This document shows, in pieces, positions 13,829 through 23,282 of a stretch of DNA of 64,000 nucleotides. The notes below the pieces were generated by a model, which saw only the letters and a program-made list of their open reading frames with translations, had not been told where the DNA came from and ran no database searches. The stretch's first letter is position 1, and each line of letters begins with the position of its first letter. The position numbers and the translations under genes were made by a program. Origin of the DNA: Deltaproteobacteria bacterium (lineage in GTDB: Bacteria; Myxococcota; Kuafuiibacteriia; Kuafuiibacteriales; Kuafuiibacteriaceae); the NCBI GenBank assembly GCA_040218735.1, contig JAVJQW010000061.1:32001-96000 (forward strand). The letters run 5' to 3'.

Positions 13829-15250
13829 TCAGTCTCCTCCGCACAGCCCCACGACCGTGCTCGTGCCGGTCATGACACACCCGGCGTTCGTCGTCCCGAG
13901 GCCGAGCGCGGTGTGGGCGTCTTCGCAGTACGTCGGATCTTCCTGCAACAGACAACCGGTCAGGCAGAGCCCGCCGCCCTGGCCGTCGCCGGCGCAGAAG
14001 GACGGCTCGGGGCAGCGGAACACGTCGAGGTCTCGGCCGCAGTTGTCGCCCTGGGTGCTCAGGTTGCCGGCCGAGTCGAACGCGCTCGGGAGGAGCAGCG
14101 GGTCGAGGCGGTCGACGCACCATCTCGCGGGGATTCCATCGTCCTCTCCGAACTGCACGCCCCACTCGCCGCGGCCGTTGCCGAAGGCGCCGTCGCCGCC
14201 GCAGCTGTCGGGGAAGGCGTCGGTGTCGCTGTGGATGCAGACGCCGTCGCCGGTGTCCGCGTCGAGGACCTGGCAGACGACCGGGTTCGTCGCGTCGGTC
14301 GAGACACACGGCGCGTCGGGCGACGTGCCGCCCTCGTTGCACTCTTCGACACAGAGGAACGCCGGGATGTCGAGCACGTTCAAGTCGAGGACCACGATGT
14401 CCGCCGCCGTGTCGGCGTCGCAGAACGTGGTGAGGCCGGCCGTGTCGTCCGCCTCCGTCCAGTTGCTCGGCGAGCCGAAGCCGAGGCGACCGACGCTGCA
14501 CACCCCCGCGGTCGACGTCCCGACCGCGAGCCCGATCGGGTTGCAGTACGGGAACGCCGCCGGGCACGCCGCGTCGCCGGGGCGACCGCACGGCTGAACG
14601 CACGCGCCCTCGTCCGGATTGAGCGTGTCGAAGAGGTTGAAGCGGCACACCGCGTCGCCCGCGCAGCCGACCTGCGTGCCGCGCGTGCGGAGGCGCGCGC
14701 CCATCGTGTTCACGAGGACCTCGTCGTTCTTGGAGCCGCCGCAGAACGCGTCGAGCTCCGCGAGCTCGTCGACGCAGATGCGACCGACCGAAGCCGACGC
14801 ACCCTCAAAGTCCATGTTCACGCAGTGGCGCGGGTCGCCGCCGACGGTCATGCCGCACTCCGCGTCCGTGGTGCACGGCTTCACGCAGGTCTGGTTCGGG
14901 AGCATGACGTCTTGGCCGCGCTCGGAGAGGACGTCCCACGGGATGCACAGCAGCCCGGCTTCGCAGTCGCCGGCTTCGAACGCCGTGTCGCCCGACGTGA
15001 AGGACGAGGTGCAGTTGCAGCCCTCCTCGCCGGTCGGACACGCCTCGACGATCGGACAGTCGGCCTGGCAGTTCACGAACGACTCGTCCGGCGTGTCGCA
15101 GACGCCATCGCCGCAGTACGGTCCGGCGTCGGGGGTGTCTGCACCGCCGTCGCGGTCGGCGCCGCTGTCGCGCGGCGTGACGTCGGCGGGCTCGTCGCCG
15201 GAGCAGGCGTAGAGGCAGAAGGTGACCAGGAGCAGGGGCGATCGCTTCAT
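13829..15250 (-). CDS. Cys-rich lipoprotein, paralog 2
   Basis: MKRSPLLLVTFCLYAC lipobox; long near-identical stretches shared with 15422-16909. Confidence 0.82.
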   Translation of the reverse strand: MKRSPLLLVTFCLYACSGDEPADVTPRDSGADRDGGADTPDAGPYCGDGVCDTPDESFVNCQADCPIVEACPTGEEGCNCTSSFTSGDTAFEAGDCEAGLLCIPWDVLSERGQDVMLPNQTCVKPCTTDAECGMTVGGDPRHCVNMDFEGASASVGRICVDELAELDAFCGGSKNDEVLVNTMGARLRTRGTQVGCAGDAVCRFNLFDTLNPDEGACVQPCGRPGDAACPAAFPYCNPIGLAVGTSTAGVCSVGRLGFGSPSNWTEADDTAGLTTFCDADTAADIVVLDLNVLDIPAFLCVEECNEGGTSPDAPCVSTDATNPVVCQVLDADTGDGVCIHSDTDAFPDSCGGDGAFGNGRGEWGVQFGEDDGIPARWCVDRLDPLLLPSAFDSAGNLSTQGDNCGRDLDVFRCPEPSFCAGDGQGGGLCLTGCLLQEDPTYCEDAHTALGLGTTNAGCVMTGTSTVVGLCGGD

Positions 15251-15266
15251 GACGTCGCCCTGAGAG

Positions 15267-15282
15267 TGCAGGACCGGTTCCG
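15267..15282 (-). promoter_or_regulatory. Putative sigma54-like promoter of paralog 2
   Basis: Minus strand reads CGGAACCGGTCCTGCA (GG-N10-GC); the GC is 18 nt before the ATG. Confidence 0.35.
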
Positions 15283-15341
15283 CGGGGCGTGCCCTGATGT
15301 TCTGGGCGCCGTTCGGTAGGACGCGATCACCCCAAACGACA

Positions 15342-15363
15342 ACGGCGGCCCGAGGGCCGCCGT
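15342..15363 (-). terminator. GC hairpin, probable intrinsic terminator
   Basis: ACGGCGGCC-CTCG-GGCCGCCGT followed by TGTCGTTT on the minus strand, downstream of the 15422 stop. Confidence 0.55.
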
Positions 15364-15387
15364 CGAAGTTCCAACTTGTGGAAGCGA

Positions 15388-15409
15388 CGGGTGACCCGAA
15401 GGTCACCCG
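15388..15409 (-). terminator. Hairpin with cUUCGg tetraloop (terminator or mRNA stabiliser)
   Basis: CGGGTGACC-TTCG-GGTCACCCG on the minus strand, 12 nt after the stop of paralog 3. Confidence 0.55.
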
Positions 15410-15421
15410 CCCATGCTCACA

Positions 15422-16909
15422 TCAGTCCGCGCCGCAGAGGCCGACGACCGTGCTCGTGCCCGTCATGACACAGCCGGCGTTCGTCGTCCCGAGGCCGAGC
15501 GCCGTGTGCGCGTCCTCGCAGTACGTCGGGTCGTCGATGAGCGAGCAGCCCGTGAGGCAGAGCCCACCGCCCTGGCCGTCGCCGGCGCAGAAGCTGGGCT
15601 CGGGGCAGCGGAACTGGTCGAGACCGGAGCCGCAGTTGTCGCCCTGAGTGCCGAGCATGCCCATCGAGTCGAACGAGCTGACCGCGAGGAGCGTGTTCAG
15701 ACGATCCACGCACCAGTTCGCCGGAATCGGATCCGTCTGACCGAACTGCACGCCCCACTCGCCACGACCGTTGCCGAAGGCGCCGTCGCCGCCGCAGTTG
15801 TCGGGGAACGAGTCCGCGTTGCCGTGCACGCAGACGCCCGAGCCGGTGTCGGCGTCGAGGACGCGGCACTCGACCGGGTTGGTCGCGTCCGTCGAGACGC
15901 AGGGCTCGTCCGGAGTCGTGCCACCCTCGAAGCACTCCTCGACGCAGAGGAACGCGGGGATGTTGATGACGTTCAGGTCGAGGACCACGATGTCGCCCGG
16001 CGCGTCCGCGTCGCAGAACGTGGTGAGGCCGGCCTTGTCCGGGTCCTCGGTCCAGTTGCTGAGCGAGCCGAAGCCGAGGCGACCGACGCTGCAGACGCCC
16101 GCCGTCGAGGTGCCGACGCCGAGGCCGATGTTGTTGCAGTAGGGGTACTCGGTCGGGCACGCCGCATCGCCGGCGCGACCGCAGGGCTGCACGCACGCAC
16201 CCTCGTCGGGGTTGAGCGTGTCGAACAGGTTGAAGCGGCAAACCGCGTCACCCGCGCAGCCGACCTGCTCGTCGCCGGTGAGCACCTGGGCGCCCATCGT
16301 GTTGACGAGGACCTCGGTGTTCTTCGAGCCACCGCAGAACTCGTCGATGCCCGCGAGGCGGTCGACGCAGATGCTGCCGACGGGAGCCGACGAGCCCTGG
16401 AAGTCCATGTTCACGCAGAAGCGCGGGTCACCGTCCTCGGTCATGCCGCAGTCGGCGTCCACGGTGCAGGTCTTCGCGCAGGTCTGGTTCGGGACCATGA
16501 CGTCCGTGCCGCGGTCGGAGATGATGTCCCACGGGACGCAAACGAGGTCCGGATCCTCGTCCGTCAGGCAATCGTCGGCGGCGAACGTCGTGTCGCCCGG
16601 CGTGAAGGAAGAGTTGCACTCGCAGCCTTCCGTGCCGTCTCGGCAGAAGTCGGGGCGCATGCAGTCGGCCGTACAGTTGATGAAGCGCTCACCCCTGTCT
16701 TCCGTGCCATTCGTTCCGTCTTCGCAGATTCCGTCGCCGCAGACCGGGCCGGAGCCGCCGTCCGGAAAGCCGCCGTCACGGCCGGTGCTTCCCGGGCCGG
16801 AGTCTCGAATCATTCCGGTGTCGCCATCGTCATCGTCGCCGCTACACCCGAAGGCGAGGGCGCCGGCCATCGCAAGGGCCAGGGCGCTGTGCATACGCAA
16901 GAGCTTCAT
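15422..16909 (-). CDS. Cys-rich lipoprotein, paralog 3
   Basis: MKLLRM...LAFGC lipobox; same conserved Cys spacing as paralogs 1 and 2. Confidence 0.85.
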   Translation of the reverse strand: MKLLRMHSALALAMAGALAFGCSGDDDDGDTGMIRDSGPGSTGRDGGFPDGGSGPVCGDGICEDGTNGTEDRGERFINCTADCMRPDFCRDGTEGCECNSSFTPGDTTFAADDCLTDEDPDLVCVPWDIISDRGTDVMVPNQTCAKTCTVDADCGMTEDGDPRFCVNMDFQGSSAPVGSICVDRLAGIDEFCGGSKNTEVLVNTMGAQVLTGDEQVGCAGDAVCRFNLFDTLNPDEGACVQPCGRAGDAACPTEYPYCNNIGLGVGTSTAGVCSVGRLGFGSLSNWTEDPDKAGLTTFCDADAPGDIVVLDLNVINIPAFLCVEECFEGGTTPDEPCVSTDATNPVECRVLDADTGSGVCVHGNADSFPDNCGGDGAFGNGRGEWGVQFGQTDPIPANWCVDRLNTLLAVSSFDSMGMLGTQGDNCGSGLDQFRCPEPSFCAGDGQGGGLCLTGCSLIDDPTYCEDAHTALGLGTTNAGCVMTGTSTVVGLCGAD

Positions 16910-17149
16910 ATCGTGGAGTTTCCCTTTCGCTGTTGAATTACTGGAGCTGGTGATGCGTGTTCCGCCGACTCTGTCCCAGGTTCGACCACTGCGCCTAAAC
17001 GATCGCGGTGGGCGGAGTCAATCTGTCTTTTGACGCCGCGCACACCCCAAGTCATCGCGTTGCATACCAAGTGGTCACGTGCCCTGGCCCACTTTCGTCG
17101 CCCCACGGCGCGTATTGCGCTCCGTCGGGCCGCGTGTTCTTGGGGAAGT

Positions 17150-19375
17150 ATGAATGCAAACCTGGTGATTGCCCTCGCGCTTCTCGGCGAACTCTCCGGC
17201 CCCGTCGTCGGGCGGGCCCCGCAGTCGTTCGTCACGCTCGACGAGCCAACCTGCTACGTTCGTGATCGGCCGCAAGAGGCGCTTGCGCGGCTCCGCAGCC
17301 ACGACGAGGCCCTGCGCTTCCGCCACACACGAGACGGAACGGTCCGAGCGATCAAGGGCACCGACCTCGATCCCGCGGACTGCTTCGCCAACAGCGACAT
17401 CGAGCGAGCGGCGAGGTGCTGGGCGCGCGAACACGCGGACCTGTACGGGGTATCGGCCAAGGCTGACGTCGAAGTCGCGGTCCACAAGCCTGGCCCGGGA
17501 ATGTCAGGCCTGGTCGTTGTCGTTGCGGTGCAGACCGTTTCGGGTACGCGTGTCCGCGGGACACAGCTGTCCTTCTCTCTGAAGGATGGGCATCTGGTGA
17601 GCGTGATCGGCCGACTACGAGACGTCGCGGAGCACGACGGATGTGAGAACGCAGGCCGAGACCTGGATGCGGAGCTCGACCTGGCCACGGGAGCCTGCGT
17701 CGTTGTGCGGCCCGACGACTCCGGGTTCGAGGTCACCTACGACGTTAGCACGGGCAGAGCGATGCATCGCCGTCCGATGCAGCAAAACTCGGAGCAGATC
17801 ATGGGCTGTGGAATCGAGGAGCACATGAAGCAGACCTGGACGAATGCCCTCCCGACCTGCGACGCCTCGTTCAATCCCATCGTGCTCGATACGCTCCCCG
17901 TAGCGCTCCTACCCAGCGGAGTCGCGCAGTGCATACACAGACTTGAGCAACCGGGACGAGGTCCCAAGTCGGTCAGTACGGCTGACAACGGCGGTGCCCC
18001 CGTGAGCATCATCGCCGACTGCGGCGACGAGCCGTTTGCCAACCTCGCGTTCGATCCTGCTTCGGACCACATCAGCTGGGCGGCGGCCGTCTATCTCTTC
18101 TACTCCCGACTTGAGGGTTTCAGAGACGCTTACCTGTGGGGGATGAACGGCTATCCCGGTGCGAACCCCTCCGCCACGTGGCGAATCGAGCAAAACCCAA
18201 ATTTCAGCGGCGTCACGGCGGGCTTCGACTCGACTACGAACGAGAGCAAGATCAACTTCAAGACGCTGTACCGAAGCTCCTCCACCATGATCCACGAGTG
18301 GGGCCACGTCACCGAAGATGCCTACCGAACGAGTCTGACTCTTCCTGCCTGGTGTCCGCTCTTCGGAGAGTCGCTAGCTGAAGAGATGAAGAATAGGTGG
18401 CTGGCCTACCAAGCGGTCCTGGGTAACGCTCCGCCGAAAGCCATTGAGTCAGGTATGGAGATCATCGACGGGGAGTACCGGTACGTCGCCTCAAGTCTTA
18501 GCCACTATCCCGTCGACGCGTGCGATGGAACGGGAGTCTACCACTGCAACGGATCTTCGCAGATCTGTTTCCGTTCGCTCTCGAAGATCATGAACTCACT
18601 GCGGAACAACGTTTGCGGCGAACCGTACGGCTCTTGCCCTTCGCCTTCGACGCCCATCGTTGCAGATCCTACGGCGCCCGAGGCCATCTATGCGGCGGAG
18701 TACGCAGATCACGCGCTCGCCTACGCGATGAGTACGGTGGACCAGACCTTCATCGACGACCGACAGCCTCCACCTTACCCGTTCACGCGAAAGGAAGACG
18801 CGACGTATCACATGTTCTTAGAGCAGATGGTGGAGTTCTATGCACTCAACACTCAGATTACCGTCGGCGACATGAACCGCCTCCACGCCGTGTTCGACCG
18901 CATCGGATTCATCGACACGGGCACACACTGCGACTTGGCCAATAGCTTTCGCCTCCCCGGGTCACGCCTGCCTGCGGCGTGTACCTACAAGTCCGATCTG
19001 TTTATCGAGGCGGAGTCCGGTGCACTCGTCGGGACGTTGCTCAAGGAGGAGGCTTGGCAGAACGGTGCGTCCAGCGACGCGTACGTCAACTTCTGGAGCG
19101 TATCGACCTTGGCGGATCGGGTCGTTGTCGATATCGCCAACGTTCCGCCGGGATCCTACTACGTGCGCCTCCTCGCTCAAACGGGGCTGATGTCGACGAT
19201 GGAAGTCGACGTCAACGGTTCATCGGCATCCGTGCAGATTCCGGTGGGGACGGAGTGGGCTTGGCACGACCTCACCTCACCCCTGTACTTCGGCGGTGAA
19301 GGGACTCTGGAACTGTTCCGGACGGCGGGCGGTGCGACTTCAGTAGACGTTGTCCTCCTCGAACCCGCCGGCTGA
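17150..19375 (+). CDS. Secreted zinc metalloprotease-like protein (M4/gluzincin-like) with propeptide and C-terminal beta-sandwich (CBM-like)
   Basis: HEWGH (HExxH) followed by GESLAE; FTP-propeptide-like QTVSGTRVRG...GHLVSVIG; C-terminal IEAESG...PGSYYV...WAWH. Start codon uncertain (17030 vs 17150). Confidence 0.6.
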   Translation: MNANLVIALALLGELSGPVVGRAPQSFVTLDEPTCYVRDRPQEALARLRSHDEALRFRHTRDGTVRAIKGTDLDPADCFANSDIERAARCWAREHADLYGVSAKADVEVAVHKPGPGMSGLVVVVAVQTVSGTRVRGTQLSFSLKDGHLVSVIGRLRDVAEHDGCENAGRDLDAELDLATGACVVVRPDDSGFEVTYDVSTGRAMHRRPMQQNSEQIMGCGIEEHMKQTWTNALPTCDASFNPIVLDTLPVALLPSGVAQCIHRLEQPGRGPKSVSTADNGGAPVSIIADCGDEPFANLAFDPASDHISWAAAVYLFYSRLEGFRDAYLWGMNGYPGANPSATWRIEQNPNFSGVTAGFDSTTNESKINFKTLYRSSSTMIHEWGHVTEDAYRTSLTLPAWCPLFGESLAEEMKNRWLAYQAVLGNAPPKAIESGMEIIDGEYRYVASSLSHYPVDACDGTGVYHCNGSSQICFRSLSKIMNSLRNNVCGEPYGSCPSPSTPIVADPTAPEAIYAAEYADHALAYAMSTVDQTFIDDRQPPPYPFTRKEDATYHMFLEQMVEFYALNTQITVGDMNRLHAVFDRIGFIDTGTHCDLANSFRLPGSRLPAACTYKSDLFIEAESGALVGTLLKEEAWQNGASSDAYVNFWSVSTLADRVVVDIANVPPGSYYVRLLAQTGLMSTMEVDVNGSSASVQIPVGTEWAWHDLTSPLYFGGEGTLELFRTAGGATSVDVVLLEPAG

Positions 19376-19376
19376 G

Positions 19377-20759
19377 TCATCCGCGCAGCTCGAGGATGCG
19401 TTTGTCGATCGACTCCACACGCGCACGTTGGTCGCGCCAGAAGTCCGGATCCTGCTGCTGCTGGAGCGCTTCTACCGACTTCCCCTGCTGCTCCACCCAG
19501 GTGAAGTACTTCTGGTTGTGCCAGCGCTCGCGCACGCCGCGCGTGCCGTCGAGGATCCAGTCCGTGCCCGCGCGGTGGAAGATCTCCACGCGCCGCAGCG
19601 CCGCGTCCCGGTCCTGCTCGCCCTCCGACTGCGCCAACCAGTCGCGCACGGAGGGGTAGCGATCGTAGCCGTCCGTCGCGACGGTCACGACCAGATCGTC
19701 CGGCCCGAGGCCGAAGTGTTTCACCGTCTTGATCGCGCCCAGCACGTTGCAGACGCCGCTCATCCCGAACGTCCCGACCAGCCGCGCCGCCGTCTCCTCC
19801 GAGACGCCGAGGTCGTTCACGAGCACGTCGCCGCCCTCCTGGAGCAGCACCATGCCGCGCACGGTGTCGAGGTCGTCGATGCACATCATCGCGTCCGTGT
19901 TGAACACGTTGTGGACCCACGTGACGTGTTTGTCGCCGATCCCCTCGATGCGGTGCGCGCCGAAGCCGACGTTGTACAGCGTCGGGCACTGGATCGGCTC
20001 GAGCCCGATCGCGAGCGTCCCGTATTTGTCCTTCAGCGGATCCGCCGCCCCGAGCGTCCCCGCGGAGCCCATCGCCGAGACGAACGCCGACACCTTGCCG
20101 CTGCCGATGCCCTGCTTCTCGAGCGACAGCGCGAGCTCCTCCGCCGCCGACGCCGTCACCGTCGCGTGGAAGCGGTAGTTCCCGAACTCGGCGAACTGCT
20201 GGATGATCGCGTTCTTCGGATCCGCGCGCAGCTCCTTCACCTTGTCGTAGATCTCTTTGACGTTCGACTCGCTGCCCGGCGTCTTGATGATCTGCGCGCC
20301 GTACGAACCGATCATCTCGAAGCGCTCCCGAGACATGTCCTCGGGCAACACCACCGTCGACTCGTAACCCATCCGCGGCCCGACCCACGCGCCGCCGATC
20401 CCGAAGTTCCCCGTCGACGGGAACACACACCGATGCTCGCCGGGCACGATCTCGTCGTGCACCTGCTTCTCGATGACGATCGCGTACGCCGGCCCGACCT
20501 TGTGCGCGCCCGTCGGGAACTTCTGCCCGGTGAGCACCGCGATGGGCGTCGACACGCCGGTGATCGCGCTGGGCATCACCAGCGCCGTCACCTCTCCCGC
20601 GTCGTCCTTCCAGTTCAGGTTGTAGAGGTTGACGGGATCCAGCGGATCCTCGCTGCGCGCGACACGCGCCGCCTCACGAACGTTCTCGGCGATCTTCGTC
20701 GGGTCCACCATCTCCGCGAAGGTGGGGCCCCAGACGTACTCGCGCTTCGATTCCGACAC
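19377..20759 (-). CDS. PLP-dependent enzyme, fold type II (cysteine synthase/beta-family-like)
   Basis: PTGAHKVG (PLP lysine), PSTGNFG, GSAGT phosphate loop, HRIEGIG. Confidence 0.82.
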   Translation of the reverse strand: MSESKREYVWGPTFAEMVDPTKIAENVREAARVARSEDPLDPVNLYNLNWKDDAGEVTALVMPSAITGVSTPIAVLTGQKFPTGAHKVGPAYAIVIEKQVHDEIVPGEHRCVFPSTGNFGIGGAWVGPRMGYESTVVLPEDMSRERFEMIGSYGAQIIKTPGSESNVKEIYDKVKELRADPKNAIIQQFAEFGNYRFHATVTASAAEELALSLEKQGIGSGKVSAFVSAMGSAGTLGAADPLKDKYGTLAIGLEPIQCPTLYNVGFGAHRIEGIGDKHVTWVHNVFNTDAMMCIDDLDTVRGMVLLQEGGDVLVNDLGVSEETAARLVGTFGMSGVCNVLGAIKTVKHFGLGPDDLVVTVATDGYDRYPSVRDWLAQSEGEQDRDAALRRVEIFHRAGTDWILDGTRGVRERWHNQKYFTWVEQQGKSVEALQQQQDPDFWRDQRARVESIDKRILELRG

Positions 20760-20806
20760 GCGATGTCCCTAACCGCGCCGGGTCCGCGGAGGCAACCCGG
20801 ATTGGG

Positions 20807-21946
20807 TCACTCGGCGACGGGATCGAACACAAACGTCGCCGGCCACGTGCCGGTCTGCATCTCGAGCGAAAAGCCCACCGCGAACCCGCAGGGCGTCACG
20901 CCGTCGGCGCAGTAGCCGTTGTCCTGGCACTCGGACTCCAGGCACGCCGGATCGTCCGGACCCATGATGCCCACGACCGCGTTCTGCCCGGCCGCGCGCG
21001 CCGGTTCGGTCGGCGAGGTCATATCGAGGAACCCGACGATGACCCGGTTCGTCTCCTCCTCGAGCCCGATCGAGAAGGTCAGATCGTCCCCCGCCGGGCA
21101 CGGCGAGAGGCAGGCGTGCTCCCACGTGACCCAGAGGGTGTCGCGCCCGCCCGCGCTCTGGAGCGCGGCGCAGACCTGGCCGGTCGTCGGCTGCAGATCG
21201 AGCGCCTCCCAAAAGCCCATCACCGCGAACCGCGGATGGCCGACCGACGTGATCCCCATGTCCGGCAGGACGTCCGCCGCCGTGGCGCCCGGCGCGGCCT
21301 CCGAGAACGCGAGGTAGCCGTCGTCGGTCACCCACACGCGCTCGACGCGCTCGCCGAACAGCCTGAACGAGAAGTCGGTGGCGAGGCGCCCCGCGAGCGT
21401 CTCGTCCGTCACCAGCACCTCGTCGTTGTCGAGGCCGGTGAAGCGCTCGCTCGGGACGCCGTCGAGGTCACACGCGTTCGTGACGTCGATGAGCCCGGTC
21501 AACGTGTCGTCGACCGCGTAACGCGAAGCGATGCCCTCGCACGAAGCGCGCGTCGCCGCCGCCGGCACCGCGAGGTTCCCGAGCGTGCTGGAGTAGTCGC
21601 AGTCCATCCCCTCGCACGCCTCGGTGAGGACGAGGATGACCTGCCGCGTCGCGTCCGGCGAAAACGCCGCGTTTGCGAAACCGGACGCCACGACGCGCCC
21701 CGCGCGGAGCCCCTCGGCGCGCACGGTGAACGCGTTGCCGCCTGACTCCTTCAGAATCGACCACGACACGACGTCGTTCCCCGCGGGGACCTCCTCCACG
21801 ACTTCGCCCCCACCGCCTTCGATACGAATGCGGAAGGTGTCGACCTCACACGGGACGCCGAGCGTCGTGTCGACGAACACCACGACCTCGGTGGGATCGG
21901 CGCACGCCGCCAGCGCGACCAACGACAAGCTGAGCCAGCGTTTCAT
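20807..21946 (-). CDS. Hypothetical lipoprotein (NIDO-like C-terminal half)
   Basis: MKRWLSLSLVALAAC lipobox; F.F.LFG....VWVTDDGYLAF and FWEALD motifs; coupled to the upstream stop (TGATG). Confidence 0.7.
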   Translation of the reverse strand: MKRWLSLSLVALAACADPTEVVVFVDTTLGVPCEVDTFRIRIEGGGGEVVEEVPAGNDVVSWSILKESGGNAFTVRAEGLRAGRVVASGFANAAFSPDATRQVILVLTEACEGMDCDYSSTLGNLAVPAAATRASCEGIASRYAVDDTLTGLIDVTNACDLDGVPSERFTGLDNDEVLVTDETLAGRLATDFSFRLFGERVERVWVTDDGYLAFSEAAPGATAADVLPDMGITSVGHPRFAVMGFWEALDLQPTTGQVCAALQSAGGRDTLWVTWEHACLSPCPAGDDLTFSIGLEEETNRVIVGFLDMTSPTEPARAAGQNAVVGIMGPDDPACLESECQDNGYCADGVTPCGFAVGFSLEMQTGTWPATFVFDPVAE

Positions 21947-23271
21947 CACTCCAAGTCCATCCTCATCTTGAACACACTCACGTTGGGCCCGGGGAGCCCG
22001 ATCGCCTGGTTCACCGCACCCACGAAGCTCTGCCCGGCGCAGCTCAGCCCCACCGCGTTCACGGAGAACGAGCGCTCCCCCAGCGTGCGGCTCGAGCCCT
22101 GCACCGACATCGACGCCGAGGGCCCCTGCGGCAGGCAGCTCGTCTGCGCGATGATCGGGTTGCCTTGCATGTCGACGCCGACGACGCCCGTGCACGTGCC
22201 GCGCAGGTTCGCGTTGTCCCAGACACACTCCGAGCCCGGGACACAGAAGTTGTTCTGCGGCGGTACCGCGGGGCTCATCACGTCGGCGACACACGCCTGA
22301 CCGCTGCAGTCCCCGGCGTCGTGACACGGCGTCGGGGTCCCCTCGCAGACCCCGCACCAGCAGGGCTGCCCGTTGCACATCGGCTGCTCCGTGTCGTCGA
22401 GTGTCCACTGCGCCGAAGCGCTCGTGGAGAGCCCGCGCGAAGACATGTCGAAGCTGGGACCGAACGGCACCGCGCAATCCAGGCTGTACTCGCCGGCGCG
22501 CGACGGGATGCCGCTGTTGGTCTGCAGGTCACACGGCTGCCCCACGGTGTCCGACGCCGTCGGTCCGTGCGGGTTCATCGAACACGTGCCGTTCTTCTGA
22601 CCGTCGCGCGGGACGTCGTCACCCACGCAGACCGGACAGAAACCCAGGTTGCGACCGAGGTCCGACGCGACGATCCAGATCCCGAAGCTGTCGAACGTGA
22701 CCCGGCCGGTGTCGAGGTCGGTCGTGCCCTGGACCGGCGGTGAGCCGTCCAAGGTCCGGAACACCACGGCGAAGCAGTTGTCACGAATCGGCGAACCGGA
22801 GTTCGAACCGAGGAAGACGCTGCACTCGCCGGGCATGCAGTCGGCGTCCGACTGACACGGCGCGAAGTTGTTCGCGCACAGGTCGCCCGACGCGGTCGTG
22901 ATGCACTGGAAGGGCGGGCAGTCTGCGCTGTCCTGGCAGCTGATCCTCGAGTCGGTCATGCAGCGCTGCAGGTTCACCTCGGGGTCGCGGACGGGCCCCT
23001 CGAAGCGACAGTTGCGGCACTGCGGATCGCAGCCCGTGACGTCGACGACGAACTCGGAGCCGACGGGGAAGGCGTTGTTGTGCGTCGCGCCGGTCCACCC
23101 GACGTGCACGAGGCCGTCGTCGAGGACCGAGAAGCGGAGGCGCTCGGGGCAGAAGTCCCCGGCGTCGCGAACGGTCGGGCCTCCGTCGCGCGCGCCGTCG
23201 TCCGAGCTCCCGTTGCAACCGGCGAGCGCGACGGCGAGGAGCACCCACCGCGTTCCATTCAATCGAATCAT
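21946..23271 (-). CDS. Cys-rich hypothetical lipoprotein
   Basis: MIRLNG...LAGC lipobox; CQDSADC and CQSDADC repeats. Confidence 0.72.
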   Translation of the reverse strand: MIRLNGTRWVLLAVALAGCNGSSDDGARDGGPTVRDAGDFCPERLRFSVLDDGLVHVGWTGATHNNAFPVGSEFVVDVTGCDPQCRNCRFEGPVRDPEVNLQRCMTDSRISCQDSADCPPFQCITTASGDLCANNFAPCQSDADCMPGECSVFLGSNSGSPIRDNCFAVVFRTLDGSPPVQGTTDLDTGRVTFDSFGIWIVASDLGRNLGFCPVCVGDDVPRDGQKNGTCSMNPHGPTASDTVGQPCDLQTNSGIPSRAGEYSLDCAVPFGPSFDMSSRGLSTSASAQWTLDDTEQPMCNGQPCWCGVCEGTPTPCHDAGDCSGQACVADVMSPAVPPQNNFCVPGSECVWDNANLRGTCTGVVGVDMQGNPIIAQTSCLPQGPSASMSVQGSSRTLGERSFSVNAVGLSCAGQSFVGAVNQAIGLPGPNVSVFKMRMDLE

Positions 23272-23282
23272 GCTCGGTCTCC

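Noticed and set aside
13829-16909. Near-identical repeats as a possible DGR template/variable repeat pair
   Set aside because: Both copies are intact genes. In the segments compared the differences are mostly synonymous and not adenine-specific, and no reverse transcriptase is in the window.
19377-20759. PLP enzyme as the missing EgtE C-S lyase
   Set aside because: EgtE/Egt2 are fold-type I aminotransferase-like, whereas this is fold-type II and 13 kb away.
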